Assembly: GCF_044704955.1 (NCBI RefSeq)
Contig: NC_091984.1
Location: forward strand, 179,614,001-179,678,000
Direction of reading: 5' to 3'
Length of the DNA: 64,000 nt
Source: Pristiophorus japonicus
Lineage: Eukaryota
Position numbers and translations under genes: made by a program
Notes under the pieces: model-generated
What the model saw: only the letters and a program-made list of their open reading frames with translations
Told to the model about the DNA's origin: nothing
Database searches by the model: none
Shown: one piece after another, positions 13,501 to 25,308 of the stretch
Layout of the letters: each line of letters opens with the position of its first letter
Position numbering within the stretch: position 1 is the first letter of the stretch

Positions 13501-13537
13501 ATGGCAGCTGTTGCTCTTACAGAAGAAACTCTTTTAG
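13501..13537 (+). pseudogene. Candidate degenerate leader exon for the V-J exon (MAAVALTEETLL)
   Basis: ATG...TTAG|GTGCGC is a phase-1 donor matching the phase-1 acceptor at 14231. The peptide is only weakly hydrophobic. Confidence 0.3.
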
Positions 13538-13555
13538 GTGCGCTTACAGAAGAAG

Positions 13556-14010
13556 AACATAAGAAGTAGGAGCAGGTGTAGGCTATCTGGCCCCTTGAGC
13601 CTGCTCGCCATTTAATAAGATCATGGCTGATCTGAACTTGGCAGCAACTCCACTTCCCAGCCCTCTCCCCATAACCCTTGACTCCCTTATCTTTCAAAAA
13701 TCTGTCTATCTCCAAGTTAAATATATTCAATGACCCAACCTCCACAGCTCGCTGGGGTAGAAAATTCCAAAGATTCACGACCCTTTGAGAGAAGAAATAC
13801 CTCCTCATTTCCGTTTTAAATGGGCAACCCCTTATTCTGAAACTATACTCCTTAGTTCTAGATTCCCCCACAAGGGGAGCCTGTCAAGTCTTCTCAGAAT
13901 CTTATACTTTTCAATAAGATCACCTCACATTCTTCTAAACTCCAATGAGTATAGGTTCAACCTGCTCAACCTTTCTTCATATGACAACCCCTTTATCTCA
14001 GGAATCAACC
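13556..14010 (-). mobile_element. CR1 LINE 3' end fragment
   Basis: Encodes FKTEMRRYFFSQRVVNLWN. GAACATAAGAA tail. Confidence 0.85.
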
Positions 14011-14231
14011 TCGGAATCAATCTTGTTCTGCTCCGGCTAACAATTGGTCTGAAGGACAAGTGTCTTGGAAATAATTGCAATCTTCTTTACCATAAAGAAT
14101 TAGTGAAGTGGAGCGAAAGCGTGATTCAAAACGTTTCTAATCTGAACTAAATGTTCGATGTCGGCGTGAACTTATGTACGCCTTTGTTGATAGGCTGATT
14201 TTTAATAACAACATGTGTATTTAATTCACAG

Positions 14232-14562
14232 AAATGAGCGCGCAGCTCAAATTGATGCAGCCAGATCCAGAGTCCACTACACCAGGACGAACCGTTACCC
14301 TGGACTGTACAATCCAGGGAGCCAGCCTCTCAGAAAGTTATGCTTAAACAGAGGTGTGGCAGTGCCCCGAGGTTTGTCCTGAAGGATACCGGTCAAAGAG
14401 TCACCGGTATCCCAAACAGATTTACAGGCCTGGCAGACGAAATTACCAACGTGGCATATTTCACCATCACTAACGTGGAATCGGAGGAGGACGCTGTTTA
14501 TTACTGTGCAACATCTCACAACAGCTCCCAATTCGGTAGCGGGTCCAGGCTGAATGTTCTGA
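14232..14562 (+). pseudogene. Germline-joined Ig V-J exon (Ig light-chain/VpreB-like), frameshifted pseudogene
   Basis: Acceptor ttcacag and donor A|GTAAGT, both phase 1. Reads EMSAQLKLMQPDPESTTPGRTVTLDCTIQGASLSESY, then a frameshift (conserved Trp missing, TAA at 14345), then LKQRCGSAPRFVL...GIPNRFTG...ITNVESEEDAVYYC...FGSGSRLNVL (J motif FGxG). No RSS seen. Confidence 0.88.
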
Positions 14563-15894
14563 GTAAGTAACATATTTATGCTTCATAAAATAAATGGCTT
14601 GTAAAATGGCGAATTTAAATGCGGAGTTTAAATTGCTCTATTTGCCCTTTTATTCAACTAAGCTGTTCGTTCCGAGACCGGACCACACCCGGAATGGCCT
14701 GATTCACCTGCTGTCAAACATGAATCAAACCATACTCGGGCATTTCTGTTTACCTTTTCGCTTGAATCTCTGCCAAATCGAAATGTTATGTAAAAAAAAT
14801 AATTCCACTTTCAAATATACTTTCGGTGTAACGGGTTCCTCTTTGCAAGCTCTTCCCTGTGACAGAATCAGGGAGTGACAGCGACGTGTAAGTGGAGGAC
14901 GCAATACGAAGCAATTGCTCTTAAAATTGCTCCTTTTCCAAAACTCTTTCTTGATGCTCCCCGACCTTCAGCGTCCATAGGTAGAAACGTACTCTTATGA
15001 GCAGAATTGTAATTTACAGCTTGTAATGGATGGGATGTAGTGTGTATGGGGCTAACAATCTATCCTTTTATCATCAACAAATAGCATGGTAATCCCACTG
15101 TTCATTCGGATCTATCCCCAAGGCAGAAAAGGACTATAGGGCTCAGGCTAAAACTATTTATTATGAATTGATTTTAAGATATATAGGTTATGAAAAATGA
15201 AAAATTAATCTGATGATAATTATCAATATAGTACTTAAAGTTGTTCTTATACTTTCAACCATTTCTAATACTAAAGTCTCTTTTTAGCATTCTAACAACT
15301 GTTTCCCAGAAATCAATAACGTGGGCAAGTCTAGCTCCAAGGAGTTCCATTTCACCATGAGGTGGGCTGGATGTTTGGAAATGGCCTCTGGTTTTTCTAA
15401 TTGCACTGGGTCCAGGCAATTTCTCATAACTCCGTTCAAAACAGTCTTTCCGTCGTATTGCAGTACTTTTTCAATTATCCCGGACCTTTTCTCAACAGAC
15501 GGTTTAATCAATATCATTTATTTCTATCACGGGCTGAATGAAAATTGCAAAGCAATTATTGTGGCTGTCTGACCAGTTGTTTCATTACATCAGAATGTTG
15601 CCAACCCTCATTGGAATTTCACATCTGGATAGGCCATTATTTTTGTGAAATAATACCGTCAACCATCCGCCCCACGTCAGTCAATAGCCCACAATTTCTG
15701 TGGCAATGGGGCTTGAATTTTCGAGCAGTTTGTCTGATCTCCGCCTTGATCTTGGTGGAAGGTCAAAGGAAACCACATAGAAACGGGTAAACGTCTCCCA
15801 TATTTGTGTCGATATTCCATCACTGTTACAGTGGGAAATCGGAGAATCGGGGAATCGGGGAAATGCTAGGTGAATACGGTCTCCAGACCGACAT

Positions 15895-16680
15895 AGCAAC
15901 ATAGGAACAGAAGTCGCCCATTTCGTCCCTCGATCCTGTTCCGTCATTAAATGAGAACATGGTTGATCTGCGACCTAACTCCCAATAGCGCCTTTAGCCC
16001 ATATCTATTAATACCTTTAGTTAAATCCCCAATTTAAAATTAATAATTGATCTAGCATCAATTTCCATTTGCGAAGAGAGTTCCAAATTTCTACCACCCT
16101 TTATATCTAGAAGTGTTTCCTAATTTCACTCCTTAAAGGTCGCGGTCTAATTTTTAGACAATGCCCCGAGTCGTAGAATCCCAAACTAGCAGAAATCGTT
16201 CCTCTCTATCTATCCTATCTGTTCCCCTTAATATCTTGAAAACTTCGATTAGATGACCCTTACCCTTCTAAATTCTAGGCAATACAAACCTAATTTGTGT
16301 AATTTCTCCTTGTATGTTCTGGTAAACCTGGCTGCACTCCCTCCAAGGCCAATATAGGTGTGGTGCCCCGAACTGCTCAAGGTATTGCAGGTATGGTCTA
16401 ACCAGGGCGTTGTATAGCTGCAGCATAACTTCTACCACATTGTATTCTAGTCATATAGATATAAAGGCCAGTATTCCATTAGTCTTTTTGATTATTTTCT
16501 GTACCTGTTCATGGCATTTTAATGATCTATGTACCTGAACTGGACCGCCAAGTCTCTTTGGACCGCCACTGTTTCTAGCTTTTCACCATTTCATTAGTAC
16601 CCTGTTCTATCGTTTATAGGTCCAAAGTGGATGACCTCACAGTCGCCTATATTTAAATCCATTTACCACAGTTTTGCCCA
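15895..16680 (-). mobile_element. Degenerate CR1 LINE 3' fragment
   Basis: AACATAGGAACAG tail and similarity to the other CR1 RT C-terminal pieces. Confidence 0.7.
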
Positions 16681-17781
16681 TTCATTTTTGCAATACCTTT
16701 TGACGCTCAAGCGAAAGAGCAAAGGAATGCCAAACGGAAGCAGCAACATACGCTGTTTTGAAACTAAGAGGCCTGGCCTAGCTACAATTTAAATAAAAAG
16801 TTAATGCAGACATTTTATAATTTGAAACAGGATTAACCTGTTTCTGTCACAGTTGTTATCAGGCAAAGCGTGCAGACCTATTATTAAAGCAAAGTAAATC
16901 ATGCTCCGATATAGTCAGTCAAAGCGCCGGGAAAGGTCCTAACCGTAACTCTTGCCCTTTCTTCCTAAATGGTAAATAATGTCCTATCTTTCCACCTGCA
17001 CAGTAGCTTCCCAGACATATACCGCTGCAGGCAATTTTGTTGTGTATCCATGGAAGTCACTCTTCGCTCATAAACAGAATCACTACTGAAAACATCGTCC
17101 CCGGCTTTGAGTTTTCTCAACGCCTCTACAACGTTTTTTTTTAATACGGAACATTAACCCTATTCGTTAAATGTTGGCGTCCCCGACCAATCAAATGCGC
17201 CTTTCTATTGCTTGCACACGGGTGACCGTCGTCGTAATTCCATCGTAACCATAATTCCGCCTCTGCAGCAATGCAGGCTGTGTCACAGCGGGGAAGATTT
17301 GAAATTTCATTCATGTTTTAATATTCCTGCACAGGCTTTTAAAAAAATCTGTACATGAGGATGGGGTAAAGCCCATTGTTGGATTCACGGCGGGGGTTGA
17401 ATTTCCGCGGGAGTTTTTGCGGTTTCCGCGGCACTTTGGCCGGACGAACGGGGAGAACCCTGCGAAAACTCACCCCTGCACACCAATTAGCAAGATATAT
17501 CCACATTCAGTAGTGTTTAGTATTTACAACCGTTGAACTGCGAAGATAATTCTCCCAAATCTCCCGCTGTAATTTCGGCTTAAATTACAAGGGGAGATTT
17601 TGGTAACCTCCGGGACAGAAATTGACAATAGTGATGTGGTTCGAATGGATACAGTGACCCATGAAGCTTGCTTTGGAGTTTTCTACGTTACCTGGCACAG
17701 TTGAACATTTGTGATTTACTGAGTTAAAGAGCTAGGCCCTAACATTACGCAATTTCGGCGGAGGTGTTAAACCTCCGGAGA

Positions 17782-18279
17782 TGTATTGTATATAGGGTTA
17801 ATTATGATATTTCGACATTTACAGTGTGTTTCTGCTCCATGCCTTGTGGAATGTTGTTGATGCAGAGAGAGAGAGAGAGACTGACCTTGAGGCACACACC
17901 AGCTTGTTTATGGAACGGTCGGCGCCTCGAGATCTCATGCTTTGTGGAAGAGCAGCTGGGGCCTTATAGATTAGGAGTTGGCCATAAGCCATATGCATCC
18001 ATGTTTGTTCAATAGTATAAAGGAACGGATTGTCCAGTAGCTCTTTGAACTTCATCTTGGACCGTGATTCGCGAGCGGTGCCGGGACCCCCAAGGCTCCT
18101 AACCAGCCGTCGTTGCAGAGTTCCCGACGGGCAGAAGGCCGTGAGCTTTGTTGCATCTTATCATACTTCTCTTTTCTTCATAAACTGTATTATTATTGTT
18201 TCTTTTCTCTCAGTGAACGGTATTTTATCTTTACTTCATTTGTCTTGTCTCTTATTTAACATTCATCCAGATCCCGAAC
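17782..18279 (+). repeat. ERV 5' LTR (3' end deleted)
   Basis: Matches 25309-25822. TATAAA at 18016. Lacks the last ~28 bp of the 3' LTR. Confidence 0.9.
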
Positions 18280-20052
18280 AGGATCTGGTAAAATGTTTAA
18301 GAGAAAAGACAAGAAGCAGTCTCCTCCTGCGGGATAGAATACCAGGGTGGAGCACGAGGGATGAGGGTTTTGGCTCTCTTGCCAATGTGCTAGCCTGGTT
18401 TGGACCCCTGCTACATTGGGATATGCAGTTATTGGAACAGAGCAAAGATAGAACCGTACCCCACGTGGTACTGTCTCTCCTGGAGGAAGCGGGAGAAAAG
18501 TAGTCACCCACAAATGGATGGATTTTGTTAACAGCATTAAGGGTGATGTGTAAACAACTTAAGGAAAGTGAAGCAGAAATCCTACAGTTAAAAACAGCTG
18601 TTAAGGTTTTGGAAAGTCAACACTCGACCCTGACTGAAGCGGTCCGCACTGCACAAGAACGGGCGGACAAGGCAATGAACAATCAGAAACTTTAATATGC
18701 TGTCTGGCGACAGTACAACATTTTTTTAAAGCCAGACGACAGAAATTCCAGTTGGATTTGAAATATATCTTTTGTACTACACTGATTTGCTGCTGCATGT
18801 GGCATGCATTTGCTCAATCAGAACCCAGTGAGTGTTTAAAAGCCAATGCAAAATCATGTGTGGAATGTATACAAGCTGGAAAAAATTGTAGATGGTGCAC
18901 CAAAAATATCTGGTGCTCGTCTGACTCAGAATATGAGTGGACAGATGGAGAGGGGAGGGGGATTGGGAGGAAACTAAAGACCCTCCCCCATACGCTCCAA
19001 GCACGAAAGCTAGAACCCTTATGACAAGTAAGACGAAACAGCAAGATGGGGAACAGCCGTAACCACTAGAGGGGTGTGTGACTTCACCATTAGTGAGTTA
19101 CAAGAAATAGAGTCTCGATTTCGCCAAAAACCCGGGGAATCATTGTCAAAATGGCTAACCCAGATTTGGGACCAGGGAGCATCAGGCGTAATACTTAACC
19201 CCGAAGAGTTAACAAAAATGAGGTCTATGACTACGGACCACCATATCACAGCAGTGCTACAGAATGTTCAGGGCACAAGTTCGCTATGGGACATGGTTAC
19301 TACAGGGGTCCGGCAAAAATATCCCTCTGCATTTGATTGGGAAGGTGAGGTAAAACCTTGGAATACTATGGCGGAGGGTGCGATACAGTTGCGCAACATG
19401 GCAACACAGGGAGGATTATATCACCAACCATATGGGGGGGCCAGATCAGGAGCTTTTTACGGCAGGAATGCAGAGCAGGCTGATGAAGAGTGGCCCTCCT
19501 ATGATGAGGGGTGCGCTACTCGCATTATTGGGACCAGCCCAAGGGCAGCGAGTGGGGCACGCTTGCCTATTGTTAGGACAGTTAGAGGATGTAGAAGATA
19601 GTGTGCAAGAGTCGAGAACAGTTAATGTAGAGGGGGATCGGGACCAGCAACAAGGTTCGACCTCTGAGAAAGGTACAGGGTCAGGAACGACAAAAAAAAG
19701 AATTACGCGGAGGGACATGTTCACGGCTTTACTGAAGGCAGGGGTCCCCAAGGACAAAATTGATGGAATCCCAACAGCAGCGATGTATTCTATGTGGAAG
19801 CAACACTGCGTCCCAGGAACAGGGAAGAGTGAAAGGAGGGAGGTAAGGGAGACTAAGTCGGATAGCGATAAATCTGTGGATGCGGAGAAACTACCTCCCA
19901 CTAGCCTATACCCCAACGTAGAAGAGCTGTGGGAGGCTAGTAATCCCCTCAACTACGGGTGTCGCCGGGATTCGGGAGTACTCCCCGTTAGACCCACATC
20001 AACCCAAGCTCCCAGGGACCTGAGGCCACACATTCCGATTACAATACATTGA
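18280..20052 (+). pseudogene. gag: ERV gag (disrupted), running into the pro N-terminus; carries an ITGB1-derived insert
   Basis: Coiled-coil segment RADKAN-EQSETLICCLATVQ, NIW motif, and DFTISELQEIESRFRQKPGE...IWDQG resemble MuERV-L/Fv1 gag. Confidence 0.8.
18752..18907 (+). pseudogene. ITGB1: Captured processed fragment of integrin beta-1 (signal peptide plus start of PSI domain)
   Basis: [52 protein letters not shown] aligns with the vertebrate integrin beta-1 N-terminus (human, from memory: [51 protein letters not shown]). Confidence 0.88.
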
Positions 20053-23000
20053 TGGGGGGGAACATACAAAAAAATGTTGCTTTACTAGACACAGGGGCAG
20101 AAGTTACTAATATCCATGGAAATCCTAGGAAACACACAGGACCCGTATGATAATTAACGGGTTCAGAGGGGCAGAAACGCCCGCTGTCCGAACAACTATC
20201 AGAATGACGTTGGGAAATGGGCCTCCGCGCTGGGTAACGGTCTTAATATCAGCAATAAAGGAACATATTATTGGGTTGGACCTTTTAAAGGGAACCACAC
20301 ACAACACCTCGTTCCAGCGATTCTCATTCGGGATACGGGCGATCACTGTGATTGCAGGGGAAGCAAAGTGGGAACCAGTGGTAATACCACGGCCATCATG
20401 TATAGTGACTGTGAAACAGTACCGAATACCTGGGGGACACAAAGAAATAGGGGAAACCATACAAGGGCTCTTGGAGGCGGGTATCATTAGACATGCGGTG
20501 TCCCCCTACAATAGCCCTGTTTGGCCTGTGCAGAAACCCGACAAAAGTTGGAGGATGACTGTGGACTACCGACAACTGAACAAATTTGGCCCTCCCCTGG
20601 CAACTGCTGTCCCAGATGTAGTAACTATAACAGAGCGGCTGTCTGAAGAAGGTGCGGAGTGGTATGCGGTAATCGACCTGGCCAATGCCTTTTTCTCCAT
20701 TGCAATAGCGGAACAATCCCAGGACCAGTTTGCATTCACTTGGGAAGGGAGGCAATACACATTTAAATGCCTACCTCAAGGTTACCTAGATAGCCCTACC
20801 CTATGCCACGGATTGGTGGCCCAGGACCTGGACATATGCACGTTTATCTCCTAATGTCTCACTGGCACACTACATCGATGATGTACTAATAAGGGGTCCC
20901 ACCGAGGCAGTGGTGTCTGAAGGCCTAGCTACTTTAGTCCAACACATGCGAGACAGAGGCTTGGAGATAAATCCGAAGAAGGTGCAGGGCCCTAGCCAGA
21001 CTGTCCAGTTTCTGGGGATCTAATGGTCTCGGGGTGAGCACATGAAGAATAAAATTCAAGAAATGGCCACCCCCACGAATAAAACAGTGACACCAAGTTT
21101 TGTGGGACTACTGGATTACTGGAGGAGACACATACCTCACCTCACGATGTTAGAAACATAGAAACATAGAAAATAGGTGCAGAAGTAGGCCATTCGGCCC
21201 TTCGAGCCAGCACCGCCATTCAATGAGTTCATGGCTGAACATGCAACTTCAGTACCCTATTCCTGCCTTTTCGCCATACCCCTTGATCCCCCTAGTAGTA
21301 AGGACTACATCTAACTCCTTCTTGAATATATTTAGTGAATTGGCCTCAACAACTTTCTGTTGTGGAGAATTCCACAGGTTCACCACTCTCTGGGTGAAGA
21401 AGTTTCTCCTCATCTCGGTCCTAAATGGCTTACCCCTTATCCTTCAGGGTATTAAAACCGCTGTATGCCGTAACACGAAAAAAGGGCCACTTCAAGTGGG
21501 GAAAGGAATAGCACGTGGCTGTTGATGCAGCCAAAGAAGCCGTAGCTCAAGCTTTACCCCTAGCCCCGCGAGTGCCTGAGCAGCCTTTTGAGCTACAGGT
21601 ATCCGTTACCAATGATACTGCAGGATGGAGTTTGTGGCAGGTTCAACATGGCACTCGTATACCATTAGGGTTCTGGTCTAGAAAATTGACAGATTCTGCT
21701 ACTCGTTACACTCCATTTGAGAAACAATTATTAGCATGTTATTGGGCCCTAACAGAAACAGAAGGACAGACAGGGGACGACAAAGTCAGTTTAAGACCAG
21801 ACCTACCCATATTATCCTGGGTTCTCTCAGAAAATGAGACACACAAGGTCGGGCGAGTGCAGCAAAGCTCCATAGTGCGCTGGAAATGGTACATCGCAGA
21901 CAGAGCATGTAAAGGAAAAGAAGGAATCACCCGACTACATGAGCATGTCGCTGAATACCCACAAACAGCTGAGAGTGAACTTACGCAGTCGTCTGACAGT
22001 TTAACCAAAGAGTCACCGATCTCCTGGGGCGTGTCTTTTGAACAGTTAACACCTGAAGAACGTAGCCATGCCTGGTTTACAAATGGCTCAGCGGTCTGGC
22101 AAAATGGCCTCGGTGATGGCGAGCCACTGCCTTCAATCCAAAAACCCAGACAATTGTGCATGATGAGGGCGTGGGAGGCTCCAGCCAGCTAGCAGAACTA
22201 GCAACTCTAGTCCTTGCATTAGAAGAGGAACAGCAAAAAGTACACATATATACTGACTCACGGGCAGTAGCCAATGGCATGGCGAGCTGGATGCGAAATT
22301 GGCATGAACATAACTGGCAAATAACTGGGAAAGACTTGTGGGGAAAGCACCTTTTGGAACAATTATGGTCCAAAGCCCAGAAGATGACAATAACTGTATA
22401 TCATGTGGACGCTCACATGAAAAACACTTCAAAGACCTCTGAACATAATAACACCATTGATAATATAGCACGGGCTGTCAAAGAGGCGGAAGAGGAAGAA
22501 TATGGCATAGGCAAGTGGGCCCACCATAAATCTGGACATTTGGGCATTCAGGATACGATACAATGGGCAAGAAATAGGGGGTTACATTTGACTATGGACG
22601 GTGTTAAACAGATCATAAACTCCTGTGAAATTTGTCAAAAGGTGAAGCATTTTCCCCTACAACGACAACCATATTAAGAGAGGAACTCAACCAGCACAAA
22701 TATGGCAAGTTGATTATGTAGGACCTTTACCATTGCAACAACGGTTCCAATATTTGCTCACTGCTGTTGATACCTATTCTGGACTTTTGATAGCTTATCC
22801 AGTTACTAAAGCGAATCAACAAAGTACGATTAAAGGACTGGAGAATTTAATCACATACTACGGTGAGCCAGCAGAAGTACAGTCCGATAATGGGTCACAC
22901 TTCACAGGTCAAACAGTGCAACTGTGGGCGGTAGACAACGAGATCTATTGGATGTTTCACATACCTTACTATCTGCAAGCTGCAGGGTTAATAGAACGCA

Positions 23001-23338
23001 TGAATGGACTACTTAAGCAACAGATTAAAATATTAACTCCCACTAACACATTGCAAGGGTGGTTACCACAAGCTGTACGCAATCTGAATCACCGACCATT
23101 GCAGGGGGGGGGGGGAACTCCCATAAGCCACATGTTAGGCAAAGTTAGTGTCCCTACTGAGTTAGTGACTCAGGACACAGTTTGTGAAGGAGGAAAAGTG
23201 TGGGTGCAGTACCCCCAGAAACCCTTACAAGCAGGGGAAATCTTAGCGAAAGGAGAAGGAAACACTTATTGGGTGCTCCTGACTGGTCAAGATATTCCTC
23301 TCTGTGTTGACAAGGGTAAATTGACTAAATGGGGCTGA
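20053..23338 (+). pseudogene. pol: ERV pro-pol (protease, RT, tether, RNase H, integrase), disrupted
   Basis: LLDTG at 20082-20096; YNSPVWPV, WRMTVDYRQLN, DLANAFF, LPQG; YIDD at 20871; FEKQLLACYWAL; WFTNGS and SQLAEL; HHKSGHLG...CEIC; VDTYSG, SDNGSHF, IERMNG. Confidence 0.92.
21151..21444 (-). mobile_element. CR1 3' end inserted into ERV pol
   Basis: (AGAAACAT)n tail. Nearly identical to 32442-32755. The pol reading resumes after it (LKPLYAVT). Confidence 0.88.
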
Positions 23339-23380
23339 ATTAAGATACTTATGCTTCCTCCCACAGGGATTCTGCCCAAA

Positions 23381-25284
23381 ATGGTGACTTACCAACTCGT
23401 GCTGGCCAGTCTCTGTGTCTCGTTATCTGTGACTGTGCTGCTTCCATCCTCAAACACAGCATGGAATGGCTGTATAGGATGGTGGTTAGCTAACACTGAT
23501 CGTACGCAAGACAATTTTACCTGTCCTTCCGGACAAGCCTGCATTATAGGACACTGGAGCATCACTTGTGATGCATGCGGGTACTGGGGAGGCCCAGGAC
23601 AGGTGCTATTAACAGTAAGCACGGGGGCCAGCAACACGTTATCAATCAAGTGGCAAAAAGATATGACAATGATATGCAATGTGCACTCTAATGTGTCGTT
23701 ATTGCACAACGTCACATGGTTAAGGAGTTGGGCCCGCAACATTACGTCAAGCAATGACACTATGTCAGACGAAATTAAGTTAAATGCGTCTCTATGGTAT
23801 AGATGTACAAATGCCTCCGTAATCACTGGTAGGGGTATTATGGGCCACTTGTGGTCAATGCATGTAATTAAGCATTCCAAGAGCCCCGTGGATCATTTGT
23901 AACGACTACACTCTACATTTACACCTGTGCTTACATCCACACCCATATTAAATCTCACACTACAAGTCGATTATGCGGACAAGCCGTCTGACACTTGTAA
24001 TATAACAACAATTAAAGCAAATCTGAAAACGTTAGTGAGACAAAGGCGTGATATATTAGCCACAATATTAGGAGGTGTAGGAACAGGAATAGGAGCATTA
24101 AACTCTATGGATATCGAGATCTTACAAAACAAAATACAAAAGGTAGGCAGACTCACTGGAGATGCAATTCAATTGCGAAATGCATGGAACAGAGGTCTCA
24201 CAGAACAGATGTTTCTAGTTGGCTGTCGGACGTAATGCGATGGGAACACATAGATAAAACTATTCGAGATAGGGAGTGTCACCGGGCGACAACAAATATT
24301 AGGTCATCACACACAATGCATGTTTGAAGAAGTAACCCGGCAATTATTAAGGGCCGAGTTAGAACGTATTGCCATGTCAGGGCATGCAGATAGTTGGAGC
24401 AAAATATTCCACTTCGGCAACAGAAATCTAGGGGTAAAACCTGATATGCAACATACACATTGTGATGACCAGGGGTGTAACTTCACCATGAGAATAGTCA
24501 ATATCACAAAAAACAACATTTGGTGCCAGTTTATAGTGCTTCCCCATCTGTATGGCCAAAATCTATGGGTACCCGAGTTCAAGGGTGGATGGATTGTTGC
24601 TAGCAATAGAACTCACCAAGCTCAAGATTGTCAAATATGGCCTTTCGGTATGGTGTGTCCTTTGCACACACCTGTGTTTGAACCATGCTCTCTACAGCAT
24701 ACAGCAGGAACATGTTTTTGGAGCACTTGTACCATACAATGATACAATATTAAATGAAATCGGACAGAATCATGTTTGTATTACTAGTGTCTATCCCATT
24801 TATCTTGACGGCATCCGTAAAGATCCTCCTCTAAATGCTTGCTTTAAAGATGTGTATACCATATATGACCTTCATTCTAAAATGCACCTTCCTAGGCATT
24901 ACTAACCTTCCTCCCACTATAGACCTAACTCGTTCAGCTCAATTTCTAAAAGATAATCGAAAGGTCACTGACGAATTGAGCAAACGAGGGCATACTCTTC
25001 ATACTCTGCAAGTTGCTATGAGTTACAGTGAAGGTGCCTTGGCCAGAGTTGCGACAACGGTCACTGACCTTACGGTACACCATTGGTGGGACATCTTTTA
25101 CGGATGGTCACCAAAAGCATCCGCCACTTTGAAGCTGTTAATACATCCTATCGTTGTTTTACTCATTGCGTTATTACTGATATTACTGCTTGGATGTATT
25201 CTTTGGTGTAGATTGCGGGCGTTGCTTGCGCATACTCAATGTGTAACTGATGCATTACGCCTTCAACTTGATTATATTACTTAG
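23381..25284 (+). pseudogene. env: ERV env (signal peptide, furin site, fusion peptide, TM anchor), disrupted
   Basis: Splice-acceptor-like cttcctcccacag just before the ATG. Signal MVTYQLVLASLCVSLSV; RQRR|DILATILGGVGTGIGALN at 24038; anchor HPIVVLLIALLLILLLGCILW. Confidence 0.85.
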
Positions 25285-25308
25285 AATGTCTAAATATCAA
25301 GGGTGGAT

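Noticed and set aside
18030-18503. ORF with a hydrophobic stretch, repeated at 25588-25863
   Set aside because: It lies in the T-rich LTR, starts at TTG, and in the 5' copy crosses a deletion junction. No evidence of an accessory gene.
18752-19024. A genuine ITGB1 gene at this locus
   Set aside because: Only the first ~52 codons are present, with no ATG and no further integrin exons, all inside a provirus bounded by LTRs and a TSD.
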